NCBI GenBank assembly: GCA_049472215.1
Contig: JBLIRH010000003.1
Span: forward strand, 7,084-71,083
From: Thermoplasmatota archaeon
GTDB taxonomy: Archaea > Thermoplasmatota > Penumbrarchaeia > Penumbrarchaeales > Penumbrarchaeaceae
Direction of reading: 5' to 3'
Length of the DNA stretch: 64,000 bases
Shown here in pieces: positions 26,412 to 36,703 of the stretch (position 1 is the first letter of the stretch; every line of letters begins with the position of its first letter). The translations under genes were made by a program, and so were the position numbers. The notes under the pieces were generated by a model that was not told where the DNA came from, did not search any database, and worked only from the letters and a program-made list of their open reading frames with translations.

Positions 26412-28256
26412 GTGAGCAGTTTGGATAAGGCTGCAAAGGGAAAGGACGAGACCATTGAGAACGGGGCGGACAAGGATATCGAGGAAGAAGAATCCCTGAT
26501 CACCATGGAGAAGGACGATATCGTCCTTAAGGATACCAAGACCGGTGCCAAGAGGTCACTTTTCGACGTGGGTTGGCTATTCCGCAAGGAACCAGCGATC
26601 ACAAAAAAGGCGAAGGAGGAGGACCTGGACCCTAAAGAATTGGCTGAAATGAAACCTGCCGAGCGGATGAGGTACAGACGCCGAAAACAGGACAGGGAGC
26701 AGTTGAAAGGGGCAAAGCTCTACGAGATCCCTCCGGTCGATGAAAAGATGTGGGAGATCGTCGACCCGATATACTCCCTCAGGGAACCCTACTCCTACAC
26801 GAGGATGGTCCGCAATAAGAAAACGAAGGACCTTCTATACGATGTGATCGAACCACCGCTCAACGCCGAGGAAAGATACCTTCACGATTTCCTGAAATCG
26901 ACCCTCGAGCACAATATCGAGGTCGACAGGGGTGACGCGGACGATGTCGAGAACGAGATGAGGCTCCGCAATCAGATGAGGAAGTTCCTGGCCCAGGCGG
27001 GGAGAAAGATCGACATCCCCTCCTTCGAGAAGATCTTCTACTACCTTTCCAACTACTTCCTCGGCTACGGGAAGATACAGGTCATGATGGAGGACAGTGA
27101 GATGGAGGATGTATCCTGCGACGGGACCGGCATCCCTATCTTCGTTTTCCACAGGAAATACAAGAACACCCGCACCAGCGTGGTATTCAAGGAGGAGGAG
27201 GAGCTGGACGATTTCGTCGTGGGACTGGCGCAGAGATCTGGAAAGCACATATCCATCATGAACCCGATCCTCGACGCGACCCTTCCTGACGGTTCCAGGC
27301 TGAACGCAACATTTGGAAAGGAGATCACCACGAAGGGATCATCGTTCACCATCCGAAAGTTCAAAGAGGACCCCTTGACCATGGTGAACCTGATACTTTT
27401 CAAAACGCTGTCCCCGGAGATGGCTGCTCATCTATGGCTTGCGGTCCAATACGGCGATACGATGATGGTATCGGGCGGAACGGCCTCCGGAAAGACTACA
27501 ACGCTCAACGCTATCAGCCATTTCATCCCCCCATCATCGAAGATCATCACCATCGAGGATACCAGGGAGATGCAGCTCCCCCATTTGAACTGGATCGCCG
27601 GCCTCACCAGGGAGAAGAAGGGTGAGACGACAGGTCAGTCCATCGATATGTATACCCTGCTTGTGGCGGCTCTTAGACAGAGGCCGGAATATATGATCGT
27701 TGGCGAGGTCAGGGGCAAGGAGACCATGGCCGTGTTCCAGGCAATGGCAACGGGGCAGGTCACCTATGCCACCATACATGCGGATTCGGTTGCAGCAATA
27801 GTCCACAGGCTTGAGAATCCTCCCATCAACATCCCCCGTATCCTGATCCTTGGTCTCAACCTGGTGCTCCTTCAGGCACAGGTCAGGGTCAAGAACAAGA
27901 GAACGAGAAGGATAAAGGACCTCGTCGAGATCGTCGGTCAGGACCCCGTATCACAGGAAATAATCTCGAACAAGGTCTACACATGGAATCCTGCAAAGGA
28001 CGAGTTCCGTTTCTCAGGGCACTCCAACCTCTACGAGAAGATAATGGACAGGGAAGGGTTCACGACGGAGGAGATCACCGAGGAGATCCATAACAGGGCC
28101 GATGTCCTCAGGTGGATGGCCTACAAGGGCCTCACCAATTACCAGGAGGTGGCCAACGTGGTGAACGAGTATTACCGGAACTCCAAACCCCTCGTCGAGA
28201 GGACAAGGAGGGAGCTCACCGCGTTGAGGCTGGAAAAGCCTGACCTCAAACTTTGA
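26412..28256 (+). CDS. Type II/IV secretion-family ATPase, archaeal FlaI/ArlI-PilB-like, with charged N-terminal extension
   Basis: Walker A VSGGTASGKTTTLNAI, Asp/His boxes (IITIEDTREM, IVGEVRGKE, ATIHADS) and the archaeal-type N-domain block YDVIEPPLNAEE. GTG start. Confidence 0.85.
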   Translation: MSSLDKAAKGKDETIENGADKDIEEEESLITMEKDDIVLKDTKTGAKRSLFDVGWLFRKEPAITKKAKEEDLDPKELAEMKPAERMRYRRRKQDREQLKGAKLYEIPPVDEKMWEIVDPIYSLREPYSYTRMVRNKKTKDLLYDVIEPPLNAEERYLHDFLKSTLEHNIEVDRGDADDVENEMRLRNQMRKFLAQAGRKIDIPSFEKIFYYLSNYFLGYGKIQVMMEDSEMEDVSCDGTGIPIFVFHRKYKNTRTSVVFKEEEELDDFVVGLAQRSGKHISIMNPILDATLPDGSRLNATFGKEITTKGSSFTIRKFKEDPLTMVNLILFKTLSPEMAAHLWLAVQYGDTMMVSGGTASGKTTTLNAISHFIPPSSKIITIEDTREMQLPHLNWIAGLTREKKGETTGQSIDMYTLLVAALRQRPEYMIVGEVRGKETMAVFQAMATGQVTYATIHADSVAAIVHRLENPPINIPRILILGLNLVLLQAQVRVKNKRTRRIKDLVEIVGQDPVSQEIISNKVYTWNPAKDEFRFSGHSNLYEKIMDREGFTTEEITEEIHNRADVLRWMAYKGLTNYQEVANVVNEYYRNSKPLVERTRRELTALRLEKPDLKL

Positions 28257-28349
28257 CCGGGATTAGATAATTAGAGGCTTGTTCCACCATTAGAGAGGTG
28301 TTCCATTACCGGTTAATATACCCCAGAAGGTAGCTTCCATGGTGATTTC

Positions 28350-29525
28350 ATGGGAGAGACCCAAAAGATTTGGATGATCCTCGCCCTGGGGGCCGTTGTG
28401 CTCATGGGTTTCGCCGGCCTCGTATCGGCCGTTCAGGAACCAGCCGGCGAGGAGAAGGGATCTGAGAATGTCGATGAGAGCAATGGGATTTCCGAACCGA
28501 AAACCGAAGGACCCCAGGGATATACAGAGATGTTCGGCCAGTTCGAACTGGGAGACGATGGGCTGGAAGGTCGATACGTTAGCTTCGGGTTCGAAGACGG
28601 CATCCTGAAGGACTACTGCTTCGTTCCCGATGAGGAGGTCATCTTCTCTTCAATCGGGTCCGCCAACGATCTGTTCCTGGAGGAGAATACCCGGATGGAG
28701 GGGGCGGTCTTCCATGCGGAATTGGAAGGACTTCATATGATGTCCCATAATAATCCTACGTCCATGGTCCATTTCACATATTCCGGTGAAGAATGGGTGA
28801 ACGTATCCTTCGAACTGTCCGAGGGCGTGGGATTTGGCGAGGTCTCCGATGGAGACCTTCCGCTGTCGGGCCTCGATAAGGATGCATGGATCACCCTCGG
28901 AACCGAGGATTACACCATCGATGAAGGACTTCTCGAGGTCAACTTGACCAAAGGGGTGATAGTCTGTTTCTTCAGGAGCCCCTACCAGACGATGAACTCC
29001 TTCCAGGAATCAACGATGAGGGCCGTTTCCTCCGGGAACATCGATGGAGAGCTACAGGTAAAGAACGCTGAAGGCAGCGGCACCGAATCACAGCACTTTC
29101 CTTTTCAGGGAAAAGTGGAGATGCAGGTGAAAGGGTCCGAGAACGGCAAGATGCTGAAGGTCGAGGTCCAGAGCCAGGAGAAATCCGGAAAGGTGCTCAT
29201 GTTCAAGGTCCAGGGACAGGTGCTTGGTGATGTCGAGGTCGGCAAGGTCAGGATCGAGTTCGACGGGGAGAATGCCGAAAAGAGCGGCTCCTTGAACGAG
29301 GTCCTCATGGGTAACACGACCCGGTGCAAATATTATATAGAAAGGGACGGCGAGGGCTGCTACCAGGCAATGGTCTATGTCCCCGGCTTCTCGACCCACG
29401 AATTAACGTTCAAGACCGAGGACGGACAGGAAGATAGCCCCTTCCTTTCGATCGGGGCCATGATCGGCATCCTATTGGTTTTCCTGGGTATAGCAGGAAT
29501 TGTCGAATATGGCCGTAGAAAGTGA
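28350..29525 (+). CDS. Secreted protein with C-terminal membrane anchor, function unknown
   Basis: N-terminal signal (IWMILALGAVVLMGFAGLVSA) and C-terminal TM plus basic stop-transfer (PFLSIGAMIGILLVFLGIAGIVEYGRRK). Confidence 0.6.
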   Translation: MGETQKIWMILALGAVVLMGFAGLVSAVQEPAGEEKGSENVDESNGISEPKTEGPQGYTEMFGQFELGDDGLEGRYVSFGFEDGILKDYCFVPDEEVIFSSIGSANDLFLEENTRMEGAVFHAELEGLHMMSHNNPTSMVHFTYSGEEWVNVSFELSEGVGFGEVSDGDLPLSGLDKDAWITLGTEDYTIDEGLLEVNLTKGVIVCFFRSPYQTMNSFQESTMRAVSSGNIDGELQVKNAEGSGTESQHFPFQGKVEMQVKGSENGKMLKVEVQSQEKSGKVLMFKVQGQVLGDVEVGKVRIEFDGENAEKSGSLNEVLMGNTTRCKYYIERDGEGCYQAMVYVPGFSTHELTFKTEDGQEDSPFLSIGAMIGILLVFLGIAGIVEYGRRK

Positions 29526-29549
29526 ACCACTGCCCCCGTAGGGACACCC

Positions 29550-29572
29550 GGAGCCGGTCTCTTGCCGGCTCC
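29550..29572. terminator. Hairpin between convergent genes (possible bidirectional terminator)
   Basis: GGAGCCGG-tctcttg-CCGGCTCC is a perfect 8-bp stem, followed by a T-rich run (attcttatctt). Confidence 0.4.
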
Positions 29573-29576
29573 ATTC

Positions 29577-30131
29577 TTATCTTCCTTTGACGAATACCTT
29601 TAACTCGTTGTTGCTGTCAAGGAGTGCCAGCTCGAGGCCTATATGCTCGGCCGCTTCGAAGATCCTGTCATCCCGGTAGAACTCCCCGAACACTATCCGT
29701 TTTATACCGGCATTCGCCATGATCTTGAAGCAGATCCAGCATGGGGAAGCAGTCACATATGCTTCACCTTCCATGACTGACACCCCGTACCTTGCAGCCT
29801 GGGTGATCGCGTTCTGTTCGGCATGGGCGGTCCTCGTACAGTGCCCGTTCTCCATCATATGTCCGACCTCGTCGCAGTGAGGCATCCCCCTGACCGATCC
29901 GTTATATCCCGTGGCCAGGATGGTCCTGTCCCTCACGATCACGCATCCGACATGTTTTCGGTGGCAGGTCCCCCGGGTCGCAACCTGCTTTGCGATGTTC
30001 ATGAAATATACGTCCCAGGACTGTCTTTTGGGGGCATGATCCTGGTCGAACTCGATCTCGTAAACCTGATCCCCCGAAGGCCTGCAGGTCTCCTTATCCT
30101 CCATAAGAACGGCATAATACAACTCAGACAT
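29577..30131 (-). CDS. dCMP (deoxycytidylate) deaminase, ComEB-like
   Basis: Zn-binding motifs HAEQNAI and PCWICFKIM (HAE...PCxxC). Confidence 0.85.
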   Translation of the reverse strand: MSELYYAVLMEDKETCRPSGDQVYEIEFDQDHAPKRQSWDVYFMNIAKQVATRGTCHRKHVGCVIVRDRTILATGYNGSVRGMPHCDEVGHMMENGHCTRTAHAEQNAITQAARYGVSVMEGEAYVTASPCWICFKIMANAGIKRIVFGEFYRDDRIFEAAEHIGLELALLDSNNELKVFVKGR

Positions 30132-30484
30132 AAAACCCTATTGAGCCCGTGGCAAGTAGTTCTCTTTGCTGTCGATCATATAAGAAAATAGAGGGGAGGA
30201 TGGAAACCCTCCCCGGGTGTCGGCTATCCCCAATGGAGACTTCGGGCGAGGCAAGAAGACCTAGGGTCAATCACGCATTCAATCCCCTTTTCCTACCCCC
30301 ACCCATTGAAAAAAAAGGATTAAAAGAATATAAAGGTGAAGAAAAAAACCATAACGGCAAATATGGTGTATTTAAGTTTTATGCCCTGGTCGTGACCCCC
30401 GGGATCTCTAATTTCATGCTCTCATGTCAAAGAATATAACCATCAAATCCGTTTGGAGTTGCATATATCGGAGCCGTGGGAAGC

Positions 30485-33400
30485 ATGAGGTATTCGGCGA
30501 TCCTCCCGGTCTTGTTCATGATCATGATGGTATTTCCACCAGTCCCTGCCGGAGTTGCGGTCCCTCCAGCAAGGGAGACCGGTATCGATCTTGTACCGAC
30601 GCTTGTTTATGATCGGGTCCTGGAAGTCCCCCCCGGCGGAGAGACCAGGGTAGTGATATATCCATGGGGAGGATTGAGAACGGAAGGTTATATTGGACCT
30701 TATATAGACCCTGAATCGAAATTTGGGCAGGCCGTGGACCTTCTTCCGGACTGGCTCAAGGACGATTTCATCAATAATATGGTCGAGGCAGGTTCCAGCA
30801 CATTGTTCCCATCATCTCAGATCGTCCCTGCGTTCGGGGACCTGGATAGGGACGGAGATGATGACATGGTCGTGGGGCGGGGATCCGCCCTTTACTTCTA
30901 CAGGAACATCGGAAGTGCTGGAAATCCTGTCTATATAAATGGTGGCTGGGATGACTGGGTGTACGAGATGAACGTCACGGATCCCGGCGGTGAAGGGTTC
31001 ATTAGCCCAACGATTTTCGATTATACCCATGACGGATATTGTGATCTGATCTGGGGGGACTCGAGCGAATACATGAATTTCATGAAGAATCCCAGGATAG
31101 GTGATGGCTCGACCGAAAGAACGGGGATCATCAGGAGATCATACGTCATAGGGGCGAATACCCCGACACATCTTTCACCTACTGTCTTAGGGATGTATCG
31201 TGACAACATAACGCTCTTTTTCGGTTCGGAAAGTGGAGAGCTGTATTACTATCATGTTACCGTCGAGATAGGGGACGAATTCTACTTTGGATACAATATT
31301 AACATCGTGGAAAGCCCCATTAACGTCAGGACCACTCTGGGACCTGCTTCTTATTCCGCACCAAGGTGCTGGGAACCTATTACGGTTCCGGTTGGGGGGG
31401 AATCGATGCTTTCAGTAGGCTCCGGCGAGGGGATGCTTTATTCTTATACCGTTTCCCAGAACCTTAACGGTCGTTTCGATCTTGCATTGAACAACGGTTT
31501 CTTCAGGAACGTTGCTGCGACGGGTCCAACAACCCCCGTTCCAGCCAACCTCAACGGGGATGGATTCCCGGACCTTGTTCTTTCCAACGGGAACGGGGGG
31601 GCAAGGACATACCTTCAGTTCGGGACGGACCAGTCCCCCTACTGGGCTCCGGACCCCACCATTCCGGCCTTCGAGATCGAGAACTACGAATCGGCCTTCG
31701 ACGAGGTGCATGAGATCTTCGATCCGAACCTCATCGATGATTACCTGGATACCATCATCGAACCGGAGAATGTGAACTACAGGGATGAGATAGGATTCGC
31801 ATGCGCTTTTACTCCGCCTTCGCAGTTGAGGGGCAATCGTCTCGCTTCCCTTTTCGTTGAGAACGCTCGATATATCTACCAGAGGGACCCCCAGCTTGAC
31901 TATGTCAACCTCTACGAGCAACCGGGAGATGACTATTTCACAACGACCACCTACAGGGTCAAGGTCGGCAGCTCCTACGAGTGGATGATCATCCCGAAGG
32001 AGGCTTATTACTGGGGGGTCGTCCACCCGCGGATAACCGAAGAAACGGTGGCTTACGTCGATCCGGATACAGGAGGTGCTGCTTCCCCGGCAGAAGGAGG
32101 CCGGTTCTGGAGGGAGTATCTCTGGGAGCATGCCGACGATGAGTATCCCCCCGGACCGGATTATCCGGACGATCATACGGGGAGGTATGTCTACTATCCA
32201 AGGAACTTCACGCCACCCCTCTTGAAAGAGGAGCTTGAAGGGATTGACATGCTATGGGACCTGCAACCGTACAGTTATCCCGGGGGTTTCGATGATGCGG
32301 GCGAGGTCGACCGCTACCCGTTGGATTTCAGGGAGCATGCGCTCGAGAAAGTCTCGCAGTGGGTGGAGAAGACCCTCCCTCTTAACCAACAGGAATCACT
32401 GGATGATGAGAGGCCGACGCAGCCAGTGAGGATCGCTGCGACTCACAACGGCAACTGCGGGGAGCTGCAGGACCTGACAATAGCGGCTGCAAGATGTTCT
32501 CTCATACCGGCAAGGGGGGTGCATCTGCCTGGAGAGGACCATGTATGGTCTGAGTTCTACCTTGGGGGTTGGCACCAGTGGGATAACTACTGGTCCGATG
32601 CCGGGGGCGTTGTCGCTGACGACCTTAACTACTGGTGGGGTTGGGGAGGAAGGGGAGGCTCGGGTATATGGGCCTCGAATGGAGCAGGACAGGTGTTCGA
32701 TGTTGGTGGTAGATACCGCTCCCCTGACATCACAGGGAGCCTCAGGGTCCAGGTGTTCGATGATAACTTGCAACCGGTCGAGGGAGCAAGGGTCCTTGTC
32801 ATGTCCCACTGGGTGACCGAGCAGATCAACATCGAAACCGGTCCTTATCAGGGACCACTGCCAACTGTCCCTCTTCCAGCGATCTGGGGGTATACGAACC
32901 ATTACGGGTTCTGCGACCTAACGGTATGGAGACAGAACATCAATGTGATGGTGACATCGGACCTTGGAACATATGTCTCCGGAAAGTTCTCGGTTCCTGA
33001 GGACAGCGGCCCGCATATAATGAACGTCATGCTCTCCAGCTCGAAACCATCCAATCCCATGTACACCCCGGAACCGGACCTCACGACGAACGGAACACGT
33101 TACCTCTTCAGTTTCGAGGTCGAAGGCGCATATCAGATGCAGAGAGACTTCTTCAGTGGTGTTCTCTACCGAAACGAGATGCAAAGTGGTGCTGCAGAGC
33201 TGAGGATCCTCCGGAATAACGTGATGATAATCGATTCCCTCCTGAGCGCAGGTGGTGGTTTCACCCAAGAATTGCACAGCGGGGATGGCAGCGTCACCCT
33301 CTCTCTTTCGGACTTTAACTCTATCAAGGAATTCACCAGGGTCCGAGTGAAGGTCTGGGAGGTCGAAGAGGAGCAAGGAGAGGACGTTCCGGACCTTGTC

Positions 33401-35401
33401 CTTGCCAATGAAAATGGACCAGGCGACAAGGGTATTGACAACGGGGAAGAATATTACGTCAATGGTTGGATCGTATCTTCGGACAAGGAATACCTTGACA
33501 GCGTCGGCCCCATCAGGATCCACGGATCCCTCTGGGATGTTCCCTTCACCGCTATCCGCGACCATCCGCTGAACTACGATAAAGAATGGTCCCTCAGGAT
33601 CAGCGCCCACGATGTGGTAGGCATACCAGGAACTTTCAACAGCTTCACGGTCGATGTTTACAATGAAACGCTGGATAACTTCCCGGACCCCATCGATTCG
33701 TTCAGCTGGGAGCCTTTCATCAAGAACCCGACCGGGCCCCGTTGGACCCGGCTGGTATCCGACCAGGATGTCAGTTGGGGGGCGACCCTGGACATCGGAG
33801 CCTATTATGAAGACCCCTATGGAGGATTCAGGGGCATGGGATGGATGGATGATACCTTCATATTCGACCGGATGTCCGAGGAGAACCTATGGCCTGAACA
33901 TTTCATCTCCCAGAATATCTACACCAAGGAATTCAAAGGAGGGGGGCACAAGGTTTCCATGACGGTTATCGACCCCTGCGGAAACCTTCAACCACTGGTA
34001 TATCAAGTGAGGTTCATGCCGATCGCTCCATCACTGAACCTCACCTCACCGGGAGAAGGAGATGACCTCTATACCAACGAGGTCACGGTCGCCGGAGATG
34101 TCGGCGACGATGTTGAGCTCTCATCCCTGAAGGTCCGTATCAATGACGATATTTGGGACATCACCGATTCCGTTCAGCAGGACGGAACATATGAGACCAT
34201 GATCAGGTTCAGGGGAGACCCGGGACCCTACACGGTAGAGGTCAATGCTACGGACAATGTCGATCTCTGGACCGCGAAGATCGTCAATGTGTCTCTCAGA
34301 CCGCCTGTGGATGACGTTCCCCCCACGATCAGGATCGAGGACCCATCAAACGGAAAACGGGTCGAGAAGGGAGAGGTCATAACCTTCCGCGGGACCGCAT
34401 CCGACGAGAACGGTCTTTCGAAACTCGAGCTTTCGGCGAACGGTAGGACCTACGACATCCTCGGGAGCGTCACGGGAAGGACGTTCTCATATTCCCTCGA
34501 TACGACGGATTGGTCGACCGGTGAGAAGAGGATCACCCTGTCAGGAACCGATACCAGAGGCAATCCGGCCATGGATAGCATCCATATCGAGATATACGAG
34601 GTCGTCGAGGAGTTCAAGGATAAGGAAGATCCTTCTGTCAGGATCGACAGCCCCGCTTTGGGATCCACTATATCCCTCGGTTCTTCGTTCTTCCTCTCCG
34701 GGCAACTGTTCGACGACGGACCGGAGATCAGGTTCGAGCTGTCGTGGGACAGAGGGGATTCCTACAATGACCTCACCCGCCTTCTAAGCAACGTATGGGA
34801 TTTCGATGTGGAGATCGATACACTGGATATTATTTCCTCACTGGATATGGACCCGGATTCCCTGAGAACTGTCCTCGAGAACTACCCGCTGATAATGAGG
34901 ATCGAGGACGGGGTCGGACGCCAGGAGCTCGTGGAGCACTACCTTGTTTTTACTGACCAGGAGGCACCTACGTTACTGCCCCCAAAGGTCGAGGTCCGTC
35001 AGGAAATGGACCTCGTTTCGATAGGGTTCACCAGCATCGACGTTACTCCGATCAGGAGTGCGCAGGCAGAAGTGACCTCACCGGAAGGGCAGGTCTTTCG
35101 GAACACCATCCTTGAAAATACCCAGTTGGACCAGGAGGAGGAAGCGACTGCGGGCAGGTTCGATTTCCAGGGGCCCTTCGAGCCCGGAACATATACGGTC
35201 AAGATCACCATCACCGACAGCTGGGGCAACACCGCGGACACAACGACCTCCTTCGATATCGAAAAGGAGAGAACGAAAAGTGGTGGCGGGATCGATCCGC
35301 TGGTGATCATTCTCACGTTGATGATCATCCTGGTGCTCCTTGCGGGTATCATCTACGGTCTTATCCGGGCGTTTCGTCCAAGAAATCCCCCAAATAACTA
35401 G
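30485..35401 (+). CDS. Giant surface protein: FG-GAP repeats, transglutaminase-like Cys-protease core, multiple Ig-like domains, C-terminal TM anchor
   Basis: About 1638 aa with signal peptide MRYSAILPVLFMIMMVFPPVPAG. FG-GAP-type motifs (FGDLDRDGDDDMVVG, NLNGDGFPDLVLSNGNGG). Transglutaminase core NGNCGELQDLTIAAARCSLIPARGVHLPGEDHVWSEFYLGGWHQWD (Cys-His-Asp arrangement). C-terminal Ig-like repeats and TM (LVIILTLMIILVLLAGIIYGLI). I prefer ATG 30485 over GTG 30476. Confidence 0.8.
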   Translation: MRYSAILPVLFMIMMVFPPVPAGVAVPPARETGIDLVPTLVYDRVLEVPPGGETRVVIYPWGGLRTEGYIGPYIDPESKFGQAVDLLPDWLKDDFINNMVEAGSSTLFPSSQIVPAFGDLDRDGDDDMVVGRGSALYFYRNIGSAGNPVYINGGWDDWVYEMNVTDPGGEGFISPTIFDYTHDGYCDLIWGDSSEYMNFMKNPRIGDGSTERTGIIRRSYVIGANTPTHLSPTVLGMYRDNITLFFGSESGELYYYHVTVEIGDEFYFGYNINIVESPINVRTTLGPASYSAPRCWEPITVPVGGESMLSVGSGEGMLYSYTVSQNLNGRFDLALNNGFFRNVAATGPTTPVPANLNGDGFPDLVLSNGNGGARTYLQFGTDQSPYWAPDPTIPAFEIENYESAFDEVHEIFDPNLIDDYLDTIIEPENVNYRDEIGFACAFTPPSQLRGNRLASLFVENARYIYQRDPQLDYVNLYEQPGDDYFTTTTYRVKVGSSYEWMIIPKEAYYWGVVHPRITEETVAYVDPDTGGAASPAEGGRFWREYLWEHADDEYPPGPDYPDDHTGRYVYYPRNFTPPLLKEELEGIDMLWDLQPYSYPGGFDDAGEVDRYPLDFREHALEKVSQWVEKTLPLNQQESLDDERPTQPVRIAATHNGNCGELQDLTIAAARCSLIPARGVHLPGEDHVWSEFYLGGWHQWDNYWSDAGGVVADDLNYWWGWGGRGGSGIWASNGAGQVFDVGGRYRSPDITGSLRVQVFDDNLQPVEGARVLVMSHWVTEQINIETGPYQGPLPTVPLPAIWGYTNHYGFCDLTVWRQNINVMVTSDLGTYVSGKFSVPEDSGPHIMNVMLSSSKPSNPMYTPEPDLTTNGTRYLFSFEVEGAYQMQRDFFSGVLYRNEMQSGAAELRILRNNVMIIDSLLSAGGGFTQELHSGDGSVTLSLSDFNSIKEFTRVRVKVWEVEEEQGEDVPDLVLANENGPGDKGIDNGEEYYVNGWIVSSDKEYLDSVGPIRIHGSLWDVPFTAIRDHPLNYDKEWSLRISAHDVVGIPGTFNSFTVDVYNETLDNFPDPIDSFSWEPFIKNPTGPRWTRLVSDQDVSWGATLDIGAYYEDPYGGFRGMGWMDDTFIFDRMSEENLWPEHFISQNIYTKEFKGGGHKVSMTVIDPCGNLQPLVYQVRFMPIAPSLNLTSPGEGDDLYTNEVTVAGDVGDDVELSSLKVRINDDIWDITDSVQQDGTYETMIRFRGDPGPYTVEVNATDNVDLWTAKIVNVSLRPPVDDVPPTIRIEDPSNGKRVEKGEVITFRGTASDENGLSKLELSANGRTYDILGSVTGRTFSYSLDTTDWSTGEKRITLSGTDTRGNPAMDSIHIEIYEVVEEFKDKEDPSVRIDSPALGSTISLGSSFFLSGQLFDDGPEIRFELSWDRGDSYNDLTRLLSNVWDFDVEIDTLDIISSLDMDPDSLRTVLENYPLIMRIEDGVGRQELVEHYLVFTDQEAPTLLPPKVEVRQEMDLVSIGFTSIDVTPIRSAQAEVTSPEGQVFRNTILENTQLDQEEEATAGRFDFQGPFEPGTYTVKITITDSWGNTADTTTSFDIEKERTKSGGGIDPLVIILTLMIILVLLAGIIYGLIRAFRPRNPPNN

Positions 35402-35507
35402 ATATCTATGTGGAAGTTCACAAAACTTTAAATTCGGAAATGACCATGATGGAGCGGGGGAAAATGGGTTCCCCAAAGGCTGAACGGGAGACAGTCCCAT
35501 CGGAGGG

Positions 35508-36689
35508 ATGGCCGTGGGTTTCAAATCCATAATCAACGAATATATGAACAAATACGATAAGAAGGCAGCGCCTCAAGAGAGGGTAGAAAGGGAGGTAGAG
35601 GTCCAGGAAGCCCCCCAGTTCGTGGAAACGAACCCGGAGGACGAGGAGCTCAGGAGGGTACTTTCGACCCTTCGGACAAATATCAAGATCGTCGGTTGCG
35701 GCGGTGGGGGCTCAAACACGATCAACCGTATCGTGGAGGAAGGTATCATCGGCGCGGACCTTTACGCATTAAATTCGGACGCACAGCATCTTCTCACCAT
35801 ACATGCTCCTCATAAGGTCCTCATCGGGAAAAGGACCACAAGGGGCCTCGGTGCCGGTGCCAATCCAAAGATCGGCAAGGAATCCGCACTGGAGGCAGAG
35901 GAGGAGCTGCGCGCTGCGCTCATGGGAGCTGACATGGTCTTCGTGACCTGCGGTCTCGGTGGAGGGACCGGTACCGGTTCCGCCCCTGTAGTGGCGGAGA
36001 TCGCAAAGCAGCTTGGCGCCCTCACCATAGCGGTCGTCACCAAACCCTTTGCAGGTGAGGGAGAATCCAGGATGGAGAACGCAGAGTGGGGTCTGGCCGA
36101 GCTCGAGGACAATTCAGATACCGTCATTGTCATCCCCAACGACAAGCTCCTTGAACTCGTTCCGAGACTCCCGCTCAACGCAGCGTTCAAGGTAGCCGAC
36201 GAGATCCTGATGAAGGCCATCAAAGGAATAACCGAGATGGTCACAAAGGTCGGACTGGTGAACCTGGACTTCGCCGATCTGAAGACCATCATGAAGGGAG
36301 GCGGTGTTGCGGTCATAGGTATCGGAGAATCCGATGACGGCAACGAGAAGGCCGTAAAGGCAGTCGAGGAGGCGATCAACTCACCACTCCTGGAATATGA
36401 CATTTCCTCGGCGAACGGGGCACTTATCTGTGTCACCGGCGGAGAGGACATGACCGTCACCGAGGCGGAGACCGTTGCAGAATACATCAACGAGAGGATC
36501 AACCGCAACGCCTCTATCATCTGGGGAGCATATATTGACCCAGAACTCAAGGGCGCCATAAGGGTAATGCTCGTCCTGGTGGGGGTTACCTCCGAACAGA
36601 TCTCCGGGAAATCCGTTGGAAAGTTCGGAGACAAAGAGAAGGGTTATACCCGAAGAGAAGAGCGCTTCGGTGTCCAGTTCATTCGCTGA
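35508..36689 (+). CDS. ftsZ: Cell division GTPase FtsZ
   Basis: Tubulin signature [19 protein letters not shown], the N-terminal [12 protein letters not shown] motif and NSDAQHL. GGAGGG lies just upstream of the ATG. Confidence 0.95.
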   Translation: MAVGFKSIINEYMNKYDKKAAPQERVEREVEVQEAPQFVETNPEDEELRRVLSTLRTNIKIVGCGGGGSNTINRIVEEGIIGADLYALNSDAQHLLTIHAPHKVLIGKRTTRGLGAGANPKIGKESALEAEEELRAALMGADMVFVTCGLGGGTGTGSAPVVAEIAKQLGALTIAVVTKPFAGEGESRMENAEWGLAELEDNSDTVIVIPNDKLLELVPRLPLNAAFKVADEILMKAIKGITEMVTKVGLVNLDFADLKTIMKGGGVAVIGIGESDDGNEKAVKAVEEAINSPLLEYDISSANGALICVTGGEDMTVTEAETVAEYINERINRNASIIWGAYIDPELKGAIRVMLVLVGVTSEQISGKSVGKFGDKEKGYTRREERFGVQFIR

Positions 36690-36703
36690 ACGGGAGTGAT
36701 ATC

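Noticed and set aside
29440-29525. The C-terminus of the 391-aa secreted protein as a PGF-CTERM archaeosortase signal.
   Set aside because: The sequence is SPFLSIGAMIGILLVFLGIAGIVEYGRRK. It has a TM plus basic tail but no PGF tripeptide, so it is only a generic anchor.
35810-36634. A 274-aa ORF antisense to ftsZ. Similar antisense ORFs occur at 49385-50203 (inside pnp), 54403-55326 (inside the FtsX permease), 31412-32176 and 32918-33610 (inside the giant transglutaminase gene), 16336-17133 and 11565-12179.
   Set aside because: Each is entirely contained within a gene with strong family motifs on the other strand, and none has a recognisable domain. They are typical shadow ORFs in moderately GC-rich DNA.
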